The notes under the pieces were generated by a model. It worked only from the letters and a program-made list of their open reading frames with translations. It had not been told where the DNA came from and did no database searches. Source: a virus (lineage: Duplodnaviria; Caudoviricetes). From it: a stretch of 24,704 nucleotides of DNA. Location of the stretch: positions 1 to 24,704 of the IMG/VR virus record IMGVR_UViG_3300036546_000362; one strand, written 5' to 3'. This document shows positions 1 through 6,845 of the stretch, in pieces. Position numbers and translations under genes: made by a program. Numbering within the stretch: the stretch's first letter is position 1; each line of letters starts with the position of its first letter.

Positions 1-236
1 GACAGTAGGCGATAACGCTCAAGTAAAAGATGTCCCATGTTGCCGAGTTGATACTCTTCAAGAGAGCTAATCAAACTGGATAATTGTTTTTCAAGCAGTT
101 CTGGCTCAATGGCATTTTGAGTTAATAGATTGAAATAGAGGCTGTCAATTAGCCCTGTGAGCGGCTGAGTTAGCTGCTCATTAATCATTGCATAAGTTGA
201 TTCAATGATGGCCTCGCGGTCTTCGGGCGTTAGCAT
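1..236 (-). CDS. Hypothetical protein, 5' part only (runs off window); accessory gene divergent from terminase
   Basis: Not in ORF track. Manual translation from ATG at 236: MLTPEDREAIIESTYAMINEQLTQPLTGLIDSLYFNLLTQNAIEPELLEKQLSSLISSLEEYQLGNMGHLLLERYRLL..., open for 78 codons to the window edge, with purine-rich GAGAG upstream. Confidence 0.7.
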   Translation of the reverse strand, partial: MLTPEDREAIIESTYAMINEQLTQPLTGLIDSLYFNLLTQNAIEPELLEKQLSSLISSLEEYQLGNMGHLLLERYRLL

Positions 237-287
237 AATTTTTCTCTCATTGTTTGGTGTGGAAGCTCAACAGTGCAGTAGAAAAAC

Positions 288-305
288 GACAGGGGCAACC
301 CTGTC
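288..305. terminator. GC-rich hairpin GACAGGG-GCAA-CCCTGTC; terminator-like on the minus strand (followed by GTTTTT)
   Basis: Perfect 7-bp stem with a GNRA loop on +; A-tract at 282-286 gives a U-tract on -. Confidence 0.45.
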
Positions 306-330
306 ACCCTATAAAACAGGAGAGAGCTCA

Positions 331-1992
331 ATGGGTAGTGACTCACTTAGCGTGAATGTCGGTACGATAGGTAAAGCGGATGATGGCACCACGCCAGTGT
401 CAAAGGCGGTTAGGCCTGCTGTACCTACTTTTAATGCCGAATATGAGGCGTACCACTTAAGTCTGTTTGATCCCAAAGAGGTATTGTTGGGTTATCAAAA
501 GCGTTGGTTGGCCGATAAATCACAGCTGAAAATCGCCGAAAAGTCACGCCGTACTGGCTTAACCTGGGCCGAAGCTGCAGATGCTTCGTTAACTGCTAGT
601 ACCGCCCGTGGTCAGGGAGGTACCAACCACTTCTATGTGGGCAGCAACAAGGAGATGGCACGCGAGTTTATCGACGCCGCAGCCATGTGGGCGAAGGTCT
701 TCGACAAGGCTGCAGGTGATATCCAGGAAGAGGTGTTTATCGATGATGGCCAAGACGGCAAAGAGATCCTCACCTTCGCCATTTACTTTGCTTCTGGCTT
801 TAAGATCCAGGCGCTGTCATCAAACCCATCCAACCTGCGTGGTATGCAGGGTAATGTGACCATTGATGAAGCGGCGTTCCATGACCGCTTAGCCGAAGTA
901 CTTAAGGCGGCATTGGCACTGACAATGTGGGGCGCAAAGGTGCGCCTCATCTCCACCCATAACGGCATCGACAACCTATTCAACGAGCTGATTAATGATT
1001 CCCGAGCGGGCAAAAAGGACTACTCGATCCATCGCATCACCTTAGATGATGCCTGTGCCGAGGGTTTATATCAGCGTATCTGCCAGGTGCGCGGCATAGA
1101 GTGGAGCCAGCAAGCAGAGGATGAGTGGAAGGCTGGCCTACTCAAAGGCACAGCAACCGAAGAGGATGCCCTGGAAGAATATGGCTGCGTGCCTAAGCAA
1201 GGTGGTGGAACCTACATTAAACGGGTATTGATCGAAGAGGCCATGGTGAAAGATGGCTCAATCCCTATCCTGCGCTTCACCGCACCGAAAGATTTTGAGA
1301 CCTGGTCTGATGCCCACAGACATATTCAGGTCCAAGAGTGGTGCGAGCAACTTACCTCCCATATAGACAAACTCAATCCATTATGGAATCACGCCTTTGG
1401 CGAAGACTTTGCACGCCGTGGTGACTTATCCGTATTTGTACCGCTGGAGATAAAGCCTGACTTAAGTAAGCGCACTCCATTTGTGATGGAGCTGGCCAAA
1501 CTGCCCTATGACACTCAGAAGCAACTGCTGTTCTATCTTTGCGATCGCCTACCACGTCTGCAGGGGTTGGCGTTTGACGCTACCGGCAACGGCGGCTATT
1601 TGGCCGAGGCGGCCATGTTTCGCTATGGCACAGATATGGTTGACCAAGTGATGTTGTCGGAAGCCTGGTATCGAGAGTGGATGCCCAAGCTCAAAGCAGA
1701 GTTTGAAGATCTCAATCTGACTATCCCGCGCCATCAGGATGTGCTCGACGATATGGGCAAAATCAAGGTGGTGAATGGTACCCCAAAAATTGATAAAGGC
1801 TCAGATAAAAGCGCGGTAACAGGTCAGCAGCGCCACGGAGACTTTGCCGTAGGCTTGGCCATGGCCATCAGGGCCAGTTGGATGGAGGGAAGCGTGATCG
1901 AATACACTCCGTTGCCCAGTAGGGCCAGCCGTGAAGATGACGAATTCGACGATGACCTCTATGCAGGCAGTTATGAACAAGGAGCCTGGTAA
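331..1992 (+). CDS. terL: Terminase large subunit (Mu gp28-like)
   Basis: Motifs LLGYQKRW, EKSRRTGLTW (Walker A), LRGMQGNVTIDEAAFH (Walker B), LISTHNG, GEDFARRGD, DATGNG and RHGD. Start placed at ATG 331 after SD AGGAG (318-322) rather than at 205. Confidence 0.95.
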   Translation: MGSDSLSVNVGTIGKADDGTTPVSKAVRPAVPTFNAEYEAYHLSLFDPKEVLLGYQKRWLADKSQLKIAEKSRRTGLTWAEAADASLTASTARGQGGTNHFYVGSNKEMAREFIDAAAMWAKVFDKAAGDIQEEVFIDDGQDGKEILTFAIYFASGFKIQALSSNPSNLRGMQGNVTIDEAAFHDRLAEVLKAALALTMWGAKVRLISTHNGIDNLFNELINDSRAGKKDYSIHRITLDDACAEGLYQRICQVRGIEWSQQAEDEWKAGLLKGTATEEDALEEYGCVPKQGGGTYIKRVLIEEAMVKDGSIPILRFTAPKDFETWSDAHRHIQVQEWCEQLTSHIDKLNPLWNHAFGEDFARRGDLSVFVPLEIKPDLSKRTPFVMELAKLPYDTQKQLLFYLCDRLPRLQGLAFDATGNGGYLAEAAMFRYGTDMVDQVMLSEAWYREWMPKLKAEFEDLNLTIPRHQDVLDDMGKIKVVNGTPKIDKGSDKSAVTGQQRHGDFAVGLAMAIRASWMEGSVIEYTPLPSRASREDDEFDDDLYAGSYEQGAW

Positions 1993-3620
1993 TGGCAGAT
2001 ACAACGCATACTGACACTCATATTGATAAGAATGGAACTCGTTACAAAGTGAGCGACAAGCAGCTGTCACAGACCCAGACCGACACGGCCAGACTGGCGC
2101 ACCTGCAATCTCACTACGCCAGCCATCCAAGCCGAGGGCTAACCCCTGCCAAATTGGCGGGCGTGCTGCTGCGTGCGGAGCAGGGAGATTTAATTGCTCA
2201 GTGTGAACTGGCCGAAGATATGGAAGAAAAGGATGGCCATATTTTCTCCGAGCTGCAAAAACGCCGCCGGGCGCTACTTGGGGTAGATTGGCAAATCGTA
2301 CCTCCCCGTAACGCTACGGCCGCCGAACAGGCCGACTGTGAGTTACTGCATGAACTGCTCGATGACCTGTCGACTTTAGAGGATCTCATCTTCGATATGT
2401 CAGACGCCATCTTAAAAGGATTTTCAAACAGTGAAATCGTTTGGCAGCGTCAGGGGGCATTATGGTTGCCAGAGGCGTTTCATTTTAAAGATCCAAGCTG
2501 GTTTATGCTGCCTGGTCACGAGAGCGGCCTGAGCCGAAATGAGCTGCGGCTGAGGGATAACAGTTTGCACGGCGAGGCATTGCAGCCCTTTGGTTGGGTG
2601 AGTCATATCCATAAAACCAAGTCAGGGTATTTGAGCCGTAATGGATTGGCCAGAGTGCTGGCCTGGCCGTTTCTGTTTAAAAACTACAGCGTGAGGGATC
2701 TGGCTGAGTTTTTGGAAATTTACGGCTTGCCGCTGCGCTTGGGTAAATATCCTTCGGGCGCCGGTAAAAGTGAAAAGGCGACTTTGCTGCAGGCGGTAAT
2801 GAGCATTGGCCATAATGCGGGCGGCATCATTCCCAAAGGAATGGAGATCGACTTTACCGAGGCAGCAAAGGGCGGCAAAGATCCCTTTGAGTACATGGTA
2901 TCGTTAATGGAGAAAACCATCTCCAAGACTATTTTGGGTGGGACGCTCACCAGCCAGGCTGATGGCAAAAGTTCAACCAACGCTCTGGGCAATGTACATA
3001 ACGAGGTACGCCAAGAGCTGCGCGACTCAGATCTCAAACAAATCGCCAATACGCTTACCCGTGATTTGGTACTGCCTCTCTACATGCTCAACTGTAAGAG
3101 TTACCGTCATAGCAGTCGGGCTCCAAGGCTTGAGTTTAACCTGGTGGAAGCAGAAGATCTTAAAGTCTATGCCGATGCACTGCCTAAGCTGGTAGGAATA
3201 GGCTTTGCCATTCCGCAATCCTGGGCACAGGACAAACTGCAGATCCCCATTGCGAAAAAGGATGAGCCTATGTTGTCGATAGGCAAAGTGTCAGTGGAAG
3301 AGAACGGCCAGGCAAAACTCAAACAGCAGACCATTAAACGTATTGTGGCGCTGAAACAACAAGCAGAACGACCAAATATCGTCAATGACGACCAGCAACT
3401 GGACGAGATGATTGCTCAGTTGGGGGATGAGATGATCCCGGCGTTACAGGGCTTTAGCAATGAAGTGCAAGGGCTGGTCAATAACGCGCAATCTTTGGAG
3501 GAACTACAGGCCAAGCTGGCAGCGCTTGACCTGAATATTGATGAAGCCACTGAGGTGCTGCAGCTGGCGATGGTCTCTGCGGAATTGGCCGGTCGCTATG
3601 ATGTCAGCGGAGGCCGCTAG
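1992..3620 (+). CDS. Portal protein (Mu gp29 / DUF935 family)
   Basis: Motifs DMEEKDGHIFSELQKRR, FLEIYGLPLRLGKY, SKTILGGTLTSQ and LGNVHNEVR; TAATG coupling to terL. Confidence 0.93.
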   Translation: MADTTHTDTHIDKNGTRYKVSDKQLSQTQTDTARLAHLQSHYASHPSRGLTPAKLAGVLLRAEQGDLIAQCELAEDMEEKDGHIFSELQKRRRALLGVDWQIVPPRNATAAEQADCELLHELLDDLSTLEDLIFDMSDAILKGFSNSEIVWQRQGALWLPEAFHFKDPSWFMLPGHESGLSRNELRLRDNSLHGEALQPFGWVSHIHKTKSGYLSRNGLARVLAWPFLFKNYSVRDLAEFLEIYGLPLRLGKYPSGAGKSEKATLLQAVMSIGHNAGGIIPKGMEIDFTEAAKGGKDPFEYMVSLMEKTISKTILGGTLTSQADGKSSTNALGNVHNEVRQELRDSDLKQIANTLTRDLVLPLYMLNCKSYRHSSRAPRLEFNLVEAEDLKVYADALPKLVGIGFAIPQSWAQDKLQIPIAKKDEPMLSIGKVSVEENGQAKLKQQTIKRIVALKQQAERPNIVNDDQQLDEMIAQLGDEMIPALQGFSNEVQGLVNNAQSLEELQAKLAALDLNIDEATEVLQLAMVSAELAGRYDVSGGR

Positions 3621-3622
3621 CC

Positions 3623-4861
3623 ATGCCAGTAACCGCCCTGTCTGCTGTAAATTACGGCGCATTACCCTTTAAAGAACAGATTGCCTTTTTCAAAGGCAAG
3701 CTAAACCTGCCTACAGAGCGCTGGAACGATATCTGGCAGGGAAGCCATGCCAAGGCGTTTGTGGTGGCCGGGGCAATGAAACATGATCTGCTGGTCGATT
3801 TGCGCAGTGCGGTCGATGCTGCTATTTCTGATGGTAAATCACTCACCTGGTTTCAGTCTGAGTTTAAAAAGATAGTGGCGAAACATGGCTGGGCGCATAC
3901 AGGCAGCAGTAGCTGGCGGGCGAAGGTGATATTCGATACCAACATGCGCCAAAGCTACAATGCGGGTCGCTACGAGCAGTTGCAACAGTATGCTTATTGG
4001 CGCTATGCGCACGGCGACAGCCGTTACCCGCGAGAGCTGCATCTTAAATGGCACGACACTATTTTGCCGAAAGATCATCCCTGGTGGTCGACTCATTTCC
4101 CTCAAAACGGCTGGGGGTGCAAGTGCCGGGTTTATGGTGTCAGTCAATATGAGTTAGAGCGGCGTGGTCTGACGGTGACCACTGCACCAGAGGATGGCAT
4201 TAGAGAGTGGCTCGACAAAACCACAGGTGAAGTGCACCAGGTGCCTAAAGGAATTGACCCGGGGTTTGATTACAACGTTGGTGAGGCCAGCCTGGGCAAA
4301 CGTTTAACCACCCAGCAGATGCAGGCATGGCAGGCACAAAAAGGCGATGCTTGGCAAAGTCTAACATCTGACACCTGGCAATCGTTTAACTTGCCCCAGT
4401 TGCTTCCTGTTATTGACACTAATGTGGCCTTGGCACCGAGTGCGCAAACGATTGAGCAGCTCAGTGATACTGTGAATAAAGCTTTTGGCAAAGAAAAAAT
4501 TGTCCCAGGGCCAACAGACAACCTGTCGGTTTATATCAATAGTGCAGCCTTGGTTGAACACCTGAGTAAGGATCTGCATCGCTCACGCTTTATACCACTG
4601 CTTGCTGATGTGATCGCCGCGCCGCAGGAGGTGTGGGCCGCATTTGAAAAACACCTGGGCACAGGTAAAGTGGCACTGCGCCTGAGATATATCAAGGTCG
4701 TCAACGTTGGCAAGAATAAGAGCCTGTTGTTGGTGGCGCAGGTGGTTAAAGGGCGTATAGAAGCGTGGACATTCATCCCGCTGACACCTGGTGGTTATCT
4801 CAATAAACAGCGACGCGGACGATTGTTGTATTCGGCAGATATAACTGGGAAGGATGAATAA
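3623..4861 (+). CDS. Head morphogenesis protein MuF (gp30) with C-terminal PBECR2-like nuclease domain
   Basis: N-terminal MuF motifs (AFVVAGA, IFDTNMRQSYNAGRY, HPWWSTHFPQNGWGCKCRV, GIDPGFDYNVG). The ~170-aa C-terminal extension (HL..DLHRSRFIPLLADVIAAPQEVW...RYIK...WTFIP...YLNKQRRGRLLY) matches my recollection of the PBECR2 family. Confidence 0.85.
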   Translation: MPVTALSAVNYGALPFKEQIAFFKGKLNLPTERWNDIWQGSHAKAFVVAGAMKHDLLVDLRSAVDAAISDGKSLTWFQSEFKKIVAKHGWAHTGSSSWRAKVIFDTNMRQSYNAGRYEQLQQYAYWRYAHGDSRYPRELHLKWHDTILPKDHPWWSTHFPQNGWGCKCRVYGVSQYELERRGLTVTTAPEDGIREWLDKTTGEVHQVPKGIDPGFDYNVGEASLGKRLTTQQMQAWQAQKGDAWQSLTSDTWQSFNLPQLLPVIDTNVALAPSAQTIEQLSDTVNKAFGKEKIVPGPTDNLSVYINSAALVEHLSKDLHRSRFIPLLADVIAAPQEVWAAFEKHLGTGKVALRLRYIKVVNVGKNKSLLLVAQVVKGRIEAWTFIPLTPGGYLNKQRRGRLLYSADITGKDE

Positions 4862-4862
4862 C

Positions 4863-4946
4863 TTGCTGGAGTGCCTGCTATACGTGTGGTTATAGCTACA
4901 CTGGCAATTAATTCTCACGCCACACCGCAACCGAATTAATCCACCT
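4863..4946 (-). ncRNA. Candidate structured small RNA convergent with the muF 3' end (two hairpins with complementary loops)
   Basis: Downstream of a minus-strand promoter. Stems ATTAATTC/GAATTAAT and GCTATA/TATAGC; loops carry complementary GTGTGG/CCACAC. The 3' end is undefined. Confidence 0.45.
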
Positions 4947-4952
4947 GTATTC

Positions 4953-4981
4953 AGTATATGGTTAACCCCAGGCTTATTCAA
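4953..4981 (-). promoter_or_regulatory. sigma70-type promoter pointing back into muF
   Basis: Minus strand TTGAAT (4981-4976), 17-bp spacer, TATACT (4958-4953); predicted +1 near 4946. Confidence 0.65.
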
Positions 4982-5022
4982 TTAAGTCACCTTCAACTCA
5001 GATAAGCAGTAAGCGAGGCAAG

Positions 5023-5502
5023 ATGGCAGGCAGTTACATTAAAGTTGAATATCGCGGAGAGAAGAGCCTCACCAATGCGCTTAACAGCCTGCTGAAGCAA
5101 GGTTCCAACCTGGCCCCCGTGCTGGGGGATATTGGTGAGTACCTGCTGCCCAGTACTCAGCAACGTTTTGTGGAGATGCAAGCGCCGGATGGCTCCCCCT
5201 GGGCAGAACTCAGCAGCACCACCTTGGAGCTGAAAGCTGCTAAAGGGGCGCGGTTAGATCGTATTTTGACGGAGTCCGGCACGCTGGCAGATACCCTGCA
5301 CTATCAAATCAGCGCAGATACGCTCAGCCTTGGCACTAACGAGGAGTATGCTGCCATGCACCAGTTTGGCGGTATCACCAGCCCCAGCAGTATGATCCCC
5401 AGTGTTGAAATCCCCGCCCGTGAGTTTTTGGGCATGGCACCATTTGAAAAGAATGAGGTAGAAGCTATTGTGATTAATTATCTGGCCAAGGGGCTACCTT
5501 AA
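5023..5502 (+). CDS. Virion morphogenesis protein (Mu gpG/gp31 family)
   Basis: Motifs IGEYLLPSTQQRF..QAPDGSPW, ILTESGTL, GTNEEYAAMHQFGG and IPAREFLG; SD GAGG; position after muF. Confidence 0.9.
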   Translation: MAGSYIKVEYRGEKSLTNALNSLLKQGSNLAPVLGDIGEYLLPSTQQRFVEMQAPDGSPWAELSSTTLELKAAKGARLDRILTESGTLADTLHYQISADTLSLGTNEEYAAMHQFGGITSPSSMIPSVEIPAREFLGMAPFEKNEVEAIVINYLAKGLP

Positions 5503-5630
5503 CCGCAGCAGAGAATGGCGAGCTCTCAAACGCGATTTAAGCGCCTTAAGCCGTCGGGCCGTCTCGTTGTGTAGTGCGGTTTGTGTTAAACGCGCTAAGA
5601 GGCATTTAAACGGCTTTTAAACTGGGTTAT
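5503..5630. other. Candidate strong gyrase site (Mu SGS-like)
   Basis: Non-coding stretch just after gene G, the interval where Mu carries its SGS. Phased TTAA/TAAA tracts alternate with CGCG/GCGC at about 10-11 bp on either side of a central core. Confidence 0.55.
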
Positions 5631-5680
5631 GCTCGGTGCCAAGTGGTTTGATTGTTAATAAGGCGACAAAATTGAGTGAT

Positions 5681-6790
5681 ATGACAAAAAAAGCTCCAAT
5701 TAATAATTTGGGGATGTATTCACCAAATTATTTGAAGGAGCAACTAACTGCCACTCGACAGATTCGTGAACTGATATCACCGAAGTATATTGAAGATCAA
5801 CTTGTTGCCATTAGGCAGATACGTGAACTTATGTCACCAACGTATATGGAGGAGCAACTAACTGCCATTCGACAGATTCGTGAACTGATGTCACCGAAGT
5901 ATATTGAAGATCAGTTTGTTGCCATTAAGCAGATACGTGAACTTATGTCGCCAGCGTATATGGATGAGCAACTAGCTTACTCTAGGAATATGTATGCGCA
6001 AATGCCGCCAACGTTTGTTGACCAACAGTTAGCTGCCACGAGAAAGATACATGATCTGATGTCGTCGACATTTGTCGAGGAGCAACTGGCCGCCACTAAG
6101 AAATTGCGCACACTATTCTCGTCTAAGTTTATGGAGGAACAACTTTCTGCCCGAAAGGTGATCCTAGAGTTCAGCAATCCCGCTAACTTGCAGAACTTCT
6201 TCGAACATCTGACAACAGATAATTTTTCTCAATTAATGAGACAAGCTCAAACAGTCGATTTAAGTGTATTGGAAGACGTTGATGAGTCTGATGTTGAAGA
6301 ATTTAAAGTTTACTCGCGCAGTGGATTAAGTCAGGATCCTGAGCAGTTTATTGCTGCAGAAACAGCCAAACAGTCAAAACAATGGCAGTGGTTTGTCTGT
6401 CTTTTTGTAAAAATAGTCGAATGGATTTTTGCAGCCTACGTTGGTCTGCTGATGCAAACCTATCAAGCGCAATTGAACTTGCCGCTGTTGGCAAACGATA
6501 GTGCAAGTACACCCAAGCAAGTTATCACAGCAGCTAAAAAAGATGTTTGTGAAGAGTTGCTATCTGTCTGCCGTTTCGTTAAAGCGACTGAATTGAATGT
6601 CCGAACTGGGGCTGGTAAAAAGTATCCAGTAGTAGACACATTACCCTTCGGTCAAGGTGTTATCATTGATGCTTTCGAAGTCAATGAGAAAGATCGAGAT
6701 TGGGTGTTTATCAATTACTATGATAAACAAAGTGAAAGCTACCAACGTGGCTGGGTATATCGCCGTTATCTAAAAAGATACGTTAACTAA
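5681..6790 (+). CDS. Moron: membrane protein with N-terminal 19-aa tandem repeats, one TM helix and C-terminal SH3b-like domain
   Basis: AT-richer gene inserted between G and I. Repeats SPxYxEEQLxAxRQIRELM; hydrophobic WQWFVCLFVKIVEWIFAAYVGLLM; SH3b pattern LNVRTGAG..YPVV..L...DWVFI...GWVYRRYL. Start placed at ATG 5681. Confidence 0.8.
   Translation: MTKKAPINNLGMYSPNYLKEQLTATRQIRELISPKYIEDQLVAIRQIRELMSPTYMEEQLTAIRQIRELMSPKYIEDQFVAIKQIRELMSPAYMDEQLAYSRNMYAQMPPTFVDQQLAATRKIHDLMSSTFVEEQLAATKKLRTLFSSKFMEEQLSARKVILEFSNPANLQNFFEHLTTDNFSQLMRQAQTVDLSVLEDVDESDVEEFKVYSRSGLSQDPEQFIAAETAKQSKQWQWFVCLFVKIVEWIFAAYVGLLMQTYQAQLNLPLLANDSASTPKQVITAAKKDVCEELLSVCRFVKATELNVRTGAGKKYPVVDTLPFGQGVIIDAFEVNEKDRDWVFINYYDKQSESYQRGWVYRRYLKRYVN
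5720..6175 (+). repeat. Coding tandem repeat, 57-bp unit, about 8 copies; first four alternate A-B-A-B (114-bp higher-order unit)
   Basis: Units SPNYLKEQLTATRQIRELI / SPKYIEDQLVAIRQIRELM / SPTYMEEQLTAIRQIRELM / SPKYIEDQFVAIKQIRELM / SPAYMDEQLAYSRNMYAQM / PPTFVDQQLAATRKIHDLM / SSTFVEEQLAATKKLRTLF / SSKFMEEQLSARKVILEFS. Confidence 0.9.
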
Positions 6791-6792
6791 TT

Positions 6793-6845
6793 CCCGAAAC
6801 CTTTCCTATCCCCTCCTAACCAATGGCCCCGCATCATGGGGCCAT
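6793..6845 (+). promoter_or_regulatory. Putative activator-dependent late promoter (Mu PI equivalent)
   Basis: CCCGAAACCTTTCCTATCC-N20-CATCAT-GGGGC, matching the copy at 16009-16058 with identical spacing; directly upstream of the protease gene as in Mu. Confidence 0.75.

Noticed and set aside
205-330. N-terminal extension of terL from ATG 205
   Set aside because: It overlaps the minus-strand gene and the hairpin; ATG 331 has a good SD and lies closer to the conserved region.
4583-4981. 132-aa minus-strand ORF as a protein immunity gene for MuF
   Set aside because: Its TTG start coincides with the -35 box of the antisense promoter, so it would not be on that transcript; it is mostly antisense to muF and has no recognisable features.
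5605-5633. Possible moron promoter TTTAAA-17bp-TATGCT
   Set aside because: Both boxes match only 4/6 and the region is AT-phased anyway; plausible but too weak to call as a feature.
5720-6175. 57-bp repeats as a CRISPR array
   Set aside because: The units are contiguous, in frame and degenerate, with no unique spacers and no cas genes.
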